Source: Corallochytrium limacisporum Hawaii
Taxonomy: Eukaryota; Protista; Pluriformea
Reading direction: 5' to 3'
DNA length: 55,283 bases
Assembly: GCA_002811645.1 (NCBI GenBank)
Contig: PDIP01000030.1
Coordinates: 329,236 to 384,518, forward strand
How positions within the stretch are numbered: the first letter of the stretch is position 1; every line of letters begins with the position of its first letter. Below, piece after piece: positions 1-10,229 of this stretch. Under the pieces are notes generated by a model that was not told where the DNA came from, made no database searches, and worked only from the letters and a program-made list of their open reading frames with translations. The translations under genes were made by a program, and so were the position numbers.

Positions 1-61
1 AACGAAGCTTTCAAACCATAATGTAAATTGTGCACTTTTTTATTGAACAGAGGTTGGTACT

Positions 62-2221
62 TTATAAAACCAGGTGGCGAACAGTCATACTCTGTTTAGC
101 GGTCCTTTGATATGCACGAGATACCCAGATGTAAAAATTGTCGACGGGACCGTATGGGATGTGCGTATCAATCCAGACGCGATGCTTGGCAATGCTCAGG
201 GTCTGATCCACAATTTGGGCATCGCTTGTCTCGTCCCATTGTACGGCCCTGGTTATGAGCGGTACCTTAGAGAAGAAAGATGCAGTGCTCTGGACTTCGG
301 TGTCAGAGGGGGCCAGCAAATCCCAGAGTCCAGCGGGCATCGAATCCAGCAACAAGTGGACTTGCCTCTCAAGTCCCACGTCTCCCATAAGTTTGGGCAT
401 ACGGAATGACTTGTGGCGTAGGATCACCTGCCCGATGCGTATTCCTTGGCTGCGTAGGGTCGCCAATCGCTCTGTGAACAGCTCGTCACTAGCATACGGT
501 CTACCCCAGATGACGATCTGATTGAAGCCAAGCCAGCGCAAGAGTTCCATGACGAAGATTCTTACATCCTTGCTATTGTACGCCTGAAAATGAGAATCAA
601 TGTGCTTGAGAGAACTGTCCTTATTGCACATCCACATGATGCCCTTACGGCGCTTTACGTACGTCCACACGGGATTCACCTTGTCATCTTCGGAAAAGCA
701 TGGCAGGAACGAGAACAGGCTTCTCCGTGTCGCTGTAGGAGCAAGCCTTTCAATTTGCTCACGAGACAAGGATGGACTCATGACGTAGAAGGTGGCCTTG
801 AGGCCATCTCCACAATGGACTCTTGAATAGAAGTCGTCCACGGCGAGCCAATTGACACTTGATAAGATGTGCAAAGGGTACATGTCCAGCTCTTGGTATC
901 CCAAGACTGCTGATCCCTTCTTCTTCCGGTAGCTGTCCTTCATGTTTGCCCACCAGTCGGTCTGGTCCTCCCAATTTACATGCTCCAGAGCATTTTGTAA
1001 CCGAGTGAGGTACACCTTCACGGGTGTGCGGTCGGCAACGGGCACATTGTACGGACTAATGTCATGCGGGGTTGCGCTGCCGCAGGCTTGCAGTTGTTGA
1101 ACCACGATCTTCATAAAATAGTCAGGCCATGCGGAGAAGGTCTGCTTGGGCTTGATGAGTCCCACCCTCAGGAAAGACAGGGATCGAAACCAGTCAATGC
1201 TTGGGATTACATCTTTCTGCGGAGTGAACCTTGCCAAATCATGCAAGTTCGGAACGTTCTGGGCCTGCACCACTCTCGTGGCCTCCTCTATTCTTTCCTG
1301 GTTTAGGATCTTGGTAACCTGCCGCAAGGCACTCATGTGTATGGGGTTAGATTGGAAAATCGTGAGCAGCTCATTGCTATGGTGGACATCGAATTCGTCC
1401 AGTCTGGCATACACCAAGTGAGGCTTTTTAAAGGTCCACATGGTAGCCTCCAATTTGTGCATCCACAGTGATGCCGTAATATCTTCCGATACATACTCAT
1501 CAGGTCCCTCCATTTCAGTCACCTCTTTGGCAAGTTCGTAGGAGAACCCATACAGCCCCCCCTGCATCCAAGAAGGCCACATCGCACCCGGATAGTGCCA
1601 TTCAAAGTATTTGTCAGTCTGTACGTGCCTTGTTTTTTCTAGATTTGGGTTCGCAACAGGCGACGGGCCGTGCTCCCAGCCGAAATAGATTCTGGGAACC
1701 ATGCACATAGTGTTACGCATGAGCTCCTTTACGCGGTCCAGAAAGACAATCGTGTCATCATCCGTCTTCAGGAAAAATTCGAACTCAAATTCCTCTTCAA
1801 CAAAGTAGTCCACACAGTATTTTGTCTTCTTCGCCAAATGGCTGTAGTTTTCCTCCACAAGATCCACAATGAGAATGTCCTGGAAATACGCTGCTTCCGC
1901 CTGTAAGGTTTCGACCTCTTCCTCGGTCATTGAGCCATCCAAGCCCACTGCAAACGCATATACCACTTGTTCGTAGTCTTGTGCCTCTGAACTTAGCCAG
2001 AACTGCCGCCAGGCATTTCGTTTGAAATGATTCGACCATGTTGAGTGGACACATACAGCAGCCAGATATTCAGCGCCTTTACAGTATGACTTCTGTAGTT
2101 GTAAGGCGGCCAGCATCTGCCTCAACGCCAAGACGATAAATACGAGAACAGACATGTGACTGGCGAGCTTGATCCATTTTCGAGTGGGACAAATACCCGT
2201 CAGTCCTGTGCGTACCTGCAT
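62..2221 (-). CDS. Glycosyltransferase family 31 (beta-1,3-galactosyltransferase-like), type II membrane protein with long C-terminal extension
   Basis: 719-aa ORF. N-terminal hydrophobic anchor (SVLVFIVLALRQMLAAL) and GT31 motifs: 'LQAEAAYFQDILIVDLVEENYSHLAKKT', 'FFLKTDDD' (DxD), 'WPSWMQGGLYGFS', 'SEDITASLW'. True start may be the downstream Met (MSVLVF). Confidence 0.85.
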   Translation of the reverse strand: MQVRTGLTGICPTRKWIKLASHMSVLVFIVLALRQMLAALQLQKSYCKGAEYLAAVCVHSTWSNHFKRNAWRQFWLSSEAQDYEQVVYAFAVGLDGSMTEEEVETLQAEAAYFQDILIVDLVEENYSHLAKKTKYCVDYFVEEEFEFEFFLKTDDDTIVFLDRVKELMRNTMCMVPRIYFGWEHGPSPVANPNLEKTRHVQTDKYFEWHYPGAMWPSWMQGGLYGFSYELAKEVTEMEGPDEYVSEDITASLWMHKLEATMWTFKKPHLVYARLDEFDVHHSNELLTIFQSNPIHMSALRQVTKILNQERIEEATRVVQAQNVPNLHDLARFTPQKDVIPSIDWFRSLSFLRVGLIKPKQTFSAWPDYFMKIVVQQLQACGSATPHDISPYNVPVADRTPVKVYLTRLQNALEHVNWEDQTDWWANMKDSYRKKKGSAVLGYQELDMYPLHILSSVNWLAVDDFYSRVHCGDGLKATFYVMSPSLSREQIERLAPTATRRSLFSFLPCFSEDDKVNPVWTYVKRRKGIMWMCNKDSSLKHIDSHFQAYNSKDVRIFVMELLRWLGFNQIVIWGRPYASDELFTERLATLRSQGIRIGQVILRHKSFRMPKLMGDVGLERQVHLLLDSMPAGLWDLLAPSDTEVQSTASFFSKVPLITRAVQWDETSDAQIVDQTLSIAKHRVWIDTHIPYGPVDNFYIWVSRAYQRTAKQSMTVRHLVL

Positions 2222-4188
2222 GATTATCTTAGTGGTCCTTTCCGTTAACCAAGTAATTCAACCACAATTCTTGCTTCATATACTCTATCGACACTCTATG
2301 ACAATGCCTCTCGCTGCGGGTTAGTTCCGAACCGTGATTATAGTCGAATGTGAGCGATTTAGTGACTACGTCATATTTTCAGTACGTAACCTGAGTGCTG
2401 CAATGCGTTCGCTCAATATCAGTATTCCTACATGTGTAAAGATTTCGAGACCTGTCGATTGTCTGGGTAATATAGCTGAATCTGTAGTCAGTGTCCGTTG
2501 GACTAACTGCGACACTTTTTCTCTAAAAGAACCTGTTTATGACTCACTGTCCATGGGTAGAGTCACTTACCAGCAAGGAACACAGTTTTGTGCCGGTGGT
2601 ACTTTGAGGAGCCCTGCAGCGTATACGGAAATAATTCCCCATCATATGAGTTCCTCAGAACCGCGCGGAAGGCCCATTGTATACAGCGAAATGACACTTG
2701 GCTGAGGTCGTAAGCTTGGTCCCCGCTCTCCCTCTGCTTGTTGGACGTATGACCCCATACCACGAGGCAGTTACCATTTACGACACCTATACGGAAGGAA
2801 AACAGAAAGGCAGAAGAAACCTGTAGACCTTGGTATTCTTTTCCGACAGAACTCGGCCACGTATCCATTAAATAACGAATTACAAAAAAAGTAATACCAC
2901 TCCATGTCTTGGAATATTGCGCAGAATCACCTAGAATGAATCTGGTTCGAATCCGGTACACAAAGGCCTGGAGCTTTTTGCGAGTTCAATCTCAGCTTAG
3001 TCGACTCTATTCCTGAGTGAAATGTACCTGAGAGTGTAGGATAAAAAAAAATGGCGCATCACTTCTTTTACTAGCCATCACCGAACGGTATTGAAATATA
3101 CCGAACCGTTTTCGTAATTCTCAGCGTAGTCGTATGGCACAGAATTTGCGTATCGTGGGAAGAACGGTAGGGACCTTGTCGACACGAAACCCGGTGATGA
3201 AAAGCTTAGGGTTAGGTAATGAAGCGATGGATAGCTGCTCACAGAGGTCCTTAACTCCTGTAAGACCAACCTTGTTAATCTTGCGATCAATCGCTGCAGT
3301 CTTCTCCCACTTCCTTTGGATGAGCGCTTGTTCAGCAACTTGCTGCGACCTCGAACCCATGCATTAAAAAACTTTCTGCAAATTCCCCATAGAAAAGAAG
3401 CAAAGATAAGATGCCGGAACTCGGCGATCCGGAGATGTCTTTAAGACCAGATACCCGATGCGCACAACTTTGTCCTTCTATGGTCCTTGTTCATGGGTCA
3501 TATTTTCACCGACCAATATACCGTACAGCTATCCCACTATCGCGGTCACAGAGGCCACAGGGCCATACAACGGAGTAAGTTTGTGACCAGTCTTATCGCC
3601 TCGACTGTATCCCCCACAAGGTAGTTGGCCGGAAAGGTACTTCCGCTAGGTAGCGCACTTTCTAGAGAGGTGAAGATTTGCATTTCCGTTCATGTTGTGA
3701 ATAGTTTGTTCTGTCTCAAGTGCCACCAGTCCACAGCAAAGACGAGTGTATTCAGACACGCGTGAAAGGCATGGGAACAACAATGAAGTTTTTCCAAGAG
3801 ATTTAGATTGGGGGTTTCCATACTGGGAAAGGCTTGTTCCCCCGTTATAGTAGTAGTTCTTTTAGTGGGTTTGCGGTAGAGGCACGTAGGTGAATAAGAC
3901 CGGTGCGGTAAAACTTTGGGACAGGGTGCGCACCACAGCCTTTGTCGCGGAACGGGGCGAAGTCGTTAGTAAGCATGCTACGAAAAATATAGTTCAAGGA
4001 TACAAGGAGAATGAAGTTTGTCAAAATTTGCACCAGCCAGTATTTGTGGAGATAGAAGTGCATTTGAGCGAAACGAAGTTCAGTCGATGGCGCTGAGTTA
4101 CTGTCTGGTCTTCGGCTGTTTACGAACCGTACGATCACCACAAGCATCTGGCTGCATGGTTAGGTTACCGCGATATGTAAGCTGATGC

Positions 4189-5664
4189 TTACATATCGCC
4201 CAGGACCGCAAAAGTGTTAGAAAGGCAATTGCTCTCCTCGCGCATCCACGCGCGCAGGCCCAGCTGATCGGCCACAAAGCGCGCCGCGCGGCGAATGCCC
4301 ATCAAATTACCGGCATCAGGCCCAATGGAGAGGGCAGCTAGCGCACCGACGACAAACAACCGCTTGCACGTGCCCCACTGGCAGTACTGGGACAGCAATG
4401 GTATGCCATCTGAGAGCTCCACGGGATGAGACTGGACCAACCGGACCAGAAGACCGTCAGCGGGAACGGTGCAATCGATAGTGGTCCCGCAAGCGCAAAC
4501 CACCGCATCAAACACGTACCGGTGGCCCTCAATGCTCACAGCGATTGCCGGTGACTCAAGTGTCGAGTTAGTAAAGGGGCTCTGCAGTTGTGCTTCACCC
4601 ACAACCACGCGAAGAGTCCCAAGCTCGGTCTGTCTCTCGAGCTCCTCGAGGTAAACTGGCGGTACACTACCCCCGTGTCGCGTCTGCGCGATGAAACCGC
4701 GGCGCTCGTCAACGGGGGTTTGAAAGAACTGAAACATCAGGTGGTTGACTTTGCGACCATCCATCCACTTGAGAGGAACGTCAAAGTGTTTGCGCGACAA
4801 ACAGCGACGAGAGCACAGAACGACCTCAGCGCAGCCGCGACGGACGGCCAGGATTGCTGTTTGAACAGCCGTCAGCCCTCCCCCAACAACAAGCACTCGC
4901 TGCCCAAGCCGCAATTCGTGAAGCCGTGAGCCTAGCGCCTCGAACGGCGACGAAAGGAGGCGTGATCTGGATAGATCATGGAGCTCACTGGGCACAATCG
5001 ACGTGCCTGGGCTACCAATAGCCAACACGACGGCCGATGCGCATAGCTGCTGGTAGCCACAGTCCCCAGCATTGCTGAGGGACGCTGGTGCAGCCGCATG
5101 GGGAGCAATCTCGACAAGGAAATCACCATCCGTGCCAGTGACACGTTGTGCTGTGCCACGCACCCAGGTTACTGCGCACACGTCCGCAACCTGCTCGGCA
5201 ATGTGGTCACAAAAGTCAAGGAAAAGCTGATTTGACGGCAGGCGGAGCTGGCCCGAGTGCACTGCGGGCAGCGAGCGAAGCTGCTTTACCTGGTCCAGTT
5301 GCGTGTCCAGCAGCTCGTCCTGTCTGCCCCGCTGGTAGGCAAAAGACACAAGCGATTCAGAGTCGAACATGTCGGGATGTGCCGTAGCGGGCGATCGCAA
5401 GAAATTGATCTCCAAGCTGGCGAAGCGCTGGCGCCACGCCTTCATCCAGCTGCCGAACAGGTCCACTACGACCACTCGTATCTTCTTCTGGCCCCTGCCT
5501 TTGGCGGTTTGGGTCCGAGCACGCTGCAATCTCTGAATCTGCTCCTCAGTAAGACCTTCGTTAGAAAATGGATTTGCTAGCGCGCTGAGTACAGCGAGGC
5601 CTGCGGGACCACCGCCCACAATGCAAACGTCGCAGTCCAACACATCCGCGTTGAATTCGACCAT
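4189..5664 (-). CDS. FAD/NAD(P)-binding oxidoreductase (flavin monooxygenase / pyridine nucleotide-disulfide-like fold), substrate unknown
   Basis: Two Rossmann GxGxxG/A motifs (CIVGGGPAGLA; VLVVGGGLTA), 'LRSPATAHPD' and C-terminal 'LFVVGALAALSIGPDAGNLMG'. First ATG is at 5664; the ORF track start at 5712 is TTG. Confidence 0.8.
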   Translation of the reverse strand: MVEFNADVLDCDVCIVGGGPAGLAVLSALANPFSNEGLTEEQIQRLQRARTQTAKGRGQKKIRVVVVDLFGSWMKAWRQRFASLEINFLRSPATAHPDMFDSESLVSFAYQRGRQDELLDTQLDQVKQLRSLPAVHSGQLRLPSNQLFLDFCDHIAEQVADVCAVTWVRGTAQRVTGTDGDFLVEIAPHAAAPASLSNAGDCGYQQLCASAVVLAIGSPGTSIVPSELHDLSRSRLLSSPFEALGSRLHELRLGQRVLVVGGGLTAVQTAILAVRRGCAEVVLCSRRCLSRKHFDVPLKWMDGRKVNHLMFQFFQTPVDERRGFIAQTRHGGSVPPVYLEELERQTELGTLRVVVGEAQLQSPFTNSTLESPAIAVSIEGHRYVFDAVVCACGTTIDCTVPADGLLVRLVQSHPVELSDGIPLLSQYCQWGTCKRLFVVGALAALSIGPDAGNLMGIRRAARFVADQLGLRAWMREESNCLSNTFAVLGDM

Positions 5665-6556
5665 CGCTGAGTCAACCCTGGTTTGTTTTCGATTTTGTTG
5701 GAGTGTAAGCAAAGAAATTCGTTGAGATCAGGATGGAAGTCGGGAAAATTAAAATTTTTCCAACAAAGCTGTGAAAGTCGCCCGCTGATCTGCCTGTCTG
5801 TGTACACAATCTGGCCCCCTTGTTGTCGGGATCGACCCAAATCGATTTAGTAAGTGGCGCGAACCATGCTAAACATTCCTTGACGTTAATAACAGCAATG
5901 ACCCGCTGCATACATGGATGCTGACTCTTTAGGAGCAAGTAAGCTAAGAAACGTTGAGAGCACGATGACCAAAGTGGCTTTTGCCCGGAGCATTTGTACG
6001 TGGGTGCTGGGATTGAAAGCCTTCGCAACGGTGGCGGGTCACTTGCAGGGTTTACCCCGGGTGCAATGCGGGGGCAGTACATTTAGTATAGTAAACAATG
6101 TCGGTCGCACGGCGGGCGTCGCGCGCACGTCGACCCCGTAAATGGCGGGTCTGAGAATGCTGTTCCTGAGTGCAATGCGTGTGTGGCTCATTGAACATGG
6201 AACTTAATGTCGGTCGCCATTTGGTGTCCTTTGGAATTGGCATCGTTGGTTGTGTAGACAACTATTCGTACGTAAATCACATCCAAACAAAATATTTTGA
6301 CTATCCCAGAAAATGTTGACATATCAACACGAAATTGTAAGCAAGAAACAGAGATCACACAATCTGAGTCGCTGAGGGATGAACCCTTGGCTTGCATTGT
6401 TCTCGAACATAAATGTCGGTCGCTGATATTTTCAGTACCACGGTACTGAGAAATGAAGCAACTCTTTGCTGACTCCAAGGCTCTGTGCAAAGTGCGTTGG
6501 GGTCTTTTGTGGCTCCAGTACGCAATGTTTCGTTCCCCTCCGTTTCCCTTCGCTGA

Positions 6557-6599
6557 CCCTAACCCTGATCCTAACCCTAACCCTAACCAGAATCCTAAC
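6557..6599 (+). repeat. Short degenerate (CCCTAA)n telomere-like tract
   Basis: ccctaa-ccctga-tcctaa-ccctaa-ccctaa-ccagaa-tcctaa: seven hexamer units, three of them perfect. Confidence 0.65.
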
Positions 6600-7101
6600 G
6601 GTTTGTCCGTGGTCAACAGCCCAGCTCGCCTCCCTTCCCCCTTAATCCCGGCGGGAGGCGGCGCCGTTGGAGGACTGAGAAACCTAGTATGGATAACTCT
6701 GCTCTACCGGGCCAGCGCACCGAGTTAAGGCCAGAAACTATTACTGTTGTGGTCCGTGAGGGAAAAAATACTTAAAGGCGATTGGATACACTCCAAGGAC
6801 CCCTTCCCGCTTTTCCATGGGGGAGGGGTCGAAGTTATGGACTGGGGTGAGGAGTGCCAGTCGCGTCTACCTAGCTGTTGTGCACACCACTTGACGCTTT
6901 TGTTCTCAGTGCGCCAAGTTTTTTTTTTAAAAAAAAACTGGTTGGTTACTTTAGTTGAATTGGACAAGCACTTGTTTTAATTCACTTCATAAGCGACGCA
7001 GACGCCACATAGGGTATGTAAAGTCCGCGTACTGTGCGGACAGCTTCAGTCTCACACATCTTTGTTCGTGCTCCCCACGAACTTGGAACCGAACATGCAC
7101 A

Positions 7102-7674
7102 ATGGAGCAAACGGTGGAATTTTTAGAACAACTTGACAATCAGTCAAGTGATGTGAGGAAACTAGAAAAGACCCTCTCTAGTGAACTGTTTTCAACTGTG
7201 GCAAAGTTGTACATGCGGTTATTGCTAAACAGTCAGGACCGCGCTCAACAGGAATCATGGGACAGTAAAGAGGCATTCATGTACGAAGCGGAGAACGTAC
7301 ACGCGGCGGAAGTAGCTACAGAAGCAATTCTAGCGACAGTGTTTCTGCGGGAAAAGGATATTATTTTGGAACGTGGAAACGGAGGCTATGGATTCAACAT
7401 TATTGGAGGGGCTAATATTGGGACCCCAGCCCATGTGTACAAGATTACACCAAAGGGACCTGCCGACCTTGAAGGTAATCTCAGGAGTGGCGACCATATT
7501 CTGGCTATAAATGACGTGGAATGTGATTCTCTCAATCATGCGGACGTCATTGAGCTAATAAAAGAGTCAGATGATGAACTCAGGCTTCGAGTAAAACACG
7601 ATCCGATCAGTATGAAACGGACAGAAGATTTCCTGAAACGGCAGAAGGCTGCCTCAATTAACGCGTCAAAGTAA
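7102..7674 (+). CDS. LIN7: LIN-7/Veli/MALS-like scaffold protein (L27 + PDZ)
   Basis: PDZ domain 'ERGNGGYGFNIIGG...ITPKGPADLEGNLRSGDHILAIND...HADVIELIKES...LRLRV'. N-terminal 'VEFLEQL...LEKTLSSELFSTVAKLY' resembles the LIN-7 L27 helices. Linker 'VATEAILATVF' and tail 'HDPISMKRTEDFLKRQK' parallel LIN-7 'ATAKATVAAF' and 'YTPKVLEEMEARF' (recalled comparison). ATG at 7102. Confidence 0.75.
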   Translation: MEQTVEFLEQLDNQSSDVRKLEKTLSSELFSTVAKLYMRLLLNSQDRAQQESWDSKEAFMYEAENVHAAEVATEAILATVFLREKDIILERGNGGYGFNIIGGANIGTPAHVYKITPKGPADLEGNLRSGDHILAINDVECDSLNHADVIELIKESDDELRLRVKHDPISMKRTEDFLKRQKAASINASK

Positions 7675-7719
7675 CAATTACAGAAATAGAAAACTATGTT
7701 AGAGCAAAAGACAACCCCA

Positions 7720-8664
7720 TTAGAGGGCTTCCCACTCAATCGTAGGCCTACCCCATTTGGCTAGCTGCTCATTTACCATACCAAAGTGGCCGCAGCCGAA
7801 GAACCCTCGATGGGCGCTCAGAGGTGATGGATGGGCACTGGTCAAGACCCTGTGCCTTGTTCGGTCAATGTTGGCCCCTTTCTTCTGAGCATGGGCCCCC
7901 CATAGTAGCCACACTATGGGCTCGGGGCCCTTGTTGAGGCACTCCACAACGTAGTCCGTGAAGTCCTCCCACCCTTTATTTGCATGACTCATTGGAGTGG
8001 CCTTACGCACAGTCAAGGTTGCATTGAGCATCATCACCCCTTGCTTTGCCCAACTTTCTAGATTTCCATGTTTGGGGGTTTGGAAGTTTGGCACCTTAGG
8101 ATCATGGTTCAGCTCTTTGTAGATGTTCACCAAAGACTTTGGGATGGCTACACCGCGGGGTACACTGAAACTAAGGCCGTGAGCCTGCCCCGGGCCATGA
8201 TAGGGATCCTGTCCAATAACTACCACCTTAACTTGAGTTGGATCAGGGCAGAATTTGGCCCAAGAGTAGATGTTCTGTTTCTCCGGGTAGACGATCGTAC
8301 CTTTGCCCCATTCGTCTCTCAAGAACTTCTTCAGGTCCAAAAAGCTTCTCCTATTGATAGCCGGCTGCAACAATGTCAACCAAGCCGACGGCAACTCCGT
8401 CTTTTCCAGTCTTAGCAACGATGCTCTGTCTTTCTTAGCTAGGGCTATCTGCCTTTTTTGCCTCAAAATTTCCGCTGCATCATCAGGCGGACTACTAAGG
8501 CCCGCGTCTGACGCCGTCCGTTTACTCGATCGCAGTGTGTCGCAGGCGGTGCTACCCACTGCTACTGCTCCTGCAACTTTGGTGGACTGTGACAATGCAC
8601 GTCCAGACGTTGCATCAGGGGCATTCTTCTTGAAGAAAGCGCCCAGAGTTTTCTGTGCAACCAT
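7720..8664 (-). CDS. UNG: Uracil-DNA glycosylase, family 1, with N-terminal PIP box
   Basis: Catalytic motifs GQDPYH, GLSFS, MLNATLTV and HPSPLS. N-terminal QKTLGAFF resembles the UNG2 PCNA-binding PIP box. ATG at 8664. Confidence 0.97.
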   Translation of the reverse strand: MVAQKTLGAFFKKNAPDATSGRALSQSTKVAGAVAVGSTACDTLRSSKRTASDAGLSSPPDDAAEILRQKRQIALAKKDRASLLRLEKTELPSAWLTLLQPAINRRSFLDLKKFLRDEWGKGTIVYPEKQNIYSWAKFCPDPTQVKVVVIGQDPYHGPGQAHGLSFSVPRGVAIPKSLVNIYKELNHDPKVPNFQTPKHGNLESWAKQGVMMLNATLTVRKATPMSHANKGWEDFTDYVVECLNKGPEPIVWLLWGAHAQKKGANIDRTRHRVLTSAHPSPLSAHRGFFGCGHFGMVNEQLAKWGRPTIEWEAL

Positions 8665-10229
8665 TATGATAGGTGTTAACAAAGCCTGTAGTGATCAAAA
8701 CCGAACTTCCGCCAACGGACACCGAAAACGCAAGCCACTGAGTCCAATAAGTACCATTACTAGCTGTGGATCTCATGGGCTGAAAGCACCCTTTCAGAAT
8801 AAGTGAAGTCCACAAGGATTCTGGCGACCGAACAAGACAGTCAAACTAATATGCGGTATGGTATGACCAATTTTTATCTTTTTCGCGCCATCGCTTAGTA
8901 CGAGTTCCCCATTCCCCGGTGTCCGATCCCCAACTCTGCCAAAACGTGAAAGCTGAGTTCTTCCCCTCCCCGGTGGCCACACACACACACACCGTAAGTC
9001 AATGTCTTTTCGATTTGGAAGGCCTAGCGGACTGGGGACCTGTGAGCGTGCCTGGTGTCTGGGTGGGCCGTTTCACCCGCGCAGGGATCGAACTCAGTGT
9101 CGACGAGCGCCATCGAAATGAATGCGTACCCACTTACGGAATCTCATTATTAAGCTCGTGTCATCCAAGTCAACAAAGGTGACAGCGTTGCTCACTCACA
9201 AAGCAGTCGAAGTCTTTGCCACGAACACCATCGGTGGTTCATCACCCGCATCATGTTCACTACACTTGTTCGGGATGTATACAACTCACCATGGCCCGCA
9301 ACCTTGGTGCCAGACGAGGCATGTCATGCATCATCGCCAGCACCTCACATAAGCAAAGATCCTCTTCATCAATTTATCCCTGAGCATCAGTACAGAGAAG
9401 GTGCCCGTTCGCCTGTGACGAAGTCTTGGATGGCTTGCCCTACACCACCCCCCCCCCTTCCGGCCCCCAGGGCCCAACTGCACCTTTCCAGCCAATCATC
9501 GCGACCTACGTGTCAGGGGTATCATCGGCCACTACACAACAATATCCTCCAGTTTTTTACAGTTCCTTCCTTGTTCCAGTATGGGAAAACGGCCGCCTTC
9601 AAGTGGTAGGGGTATGCTACAGTATGCATTTTCTACCTTCCACGGTGCTGCCTTCCCCTTCGACCCTTGGGGCGGGGGCCTTCCACGTTCCTGAAAATTC
9701 GTGCGATTTGCGGGCTCAAACACACCTGGCCGGGTTTCAGAAGGGGTCTCACTCGCACACACTGCCTCTGCCACTGCAAACGCAATGTTGATCAGACAAG
9801 CAGCATGGAAATTGAAATTAAAAACATTGTCAGGTGCACTACATTTAATATGTAAATTGTTGAGGTGGGGATGAGCTGTTCGATCCGGAATCAGCCACTT
9901 CGGAAGCGGAGAACTTCCGTGAGCTGGTGCGGCCACCGGTTATTTTGTGACAAAGGCCAGGCTGGATGGAGATACTACGAAAGTTTCTGTGCCCAGACTT
10001 CGCATAAAGTCGATCTTTCGAAGCTGTCAGTCTGGGGTACTTCATGATCGATGGCAGAATATACAAATGAATGCTGATGGCCTCTGCACGCACGATCCAT
10101 ATTGAGAAACAACCTGAGGATCAAACATGAAAATTTAGGGTTTCGTTGGCGGGTAGACGAGCAGAGACTTTCTAGGTTTGGTTCATTTGTTTGGAAAAGT
10201 ATTTCTAGAGGATTTTCATTCCATTCAGT

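Noticed and set aside
3078-3460. Short minus-strand ORFs and a 'SGSPSSGILSLLLFYGEF' segment faintly like a reverse transcriptase motif B'
   Set aside because: No downstream YxDD motif, frames are interrupted by stops, and the similarity is too weak.
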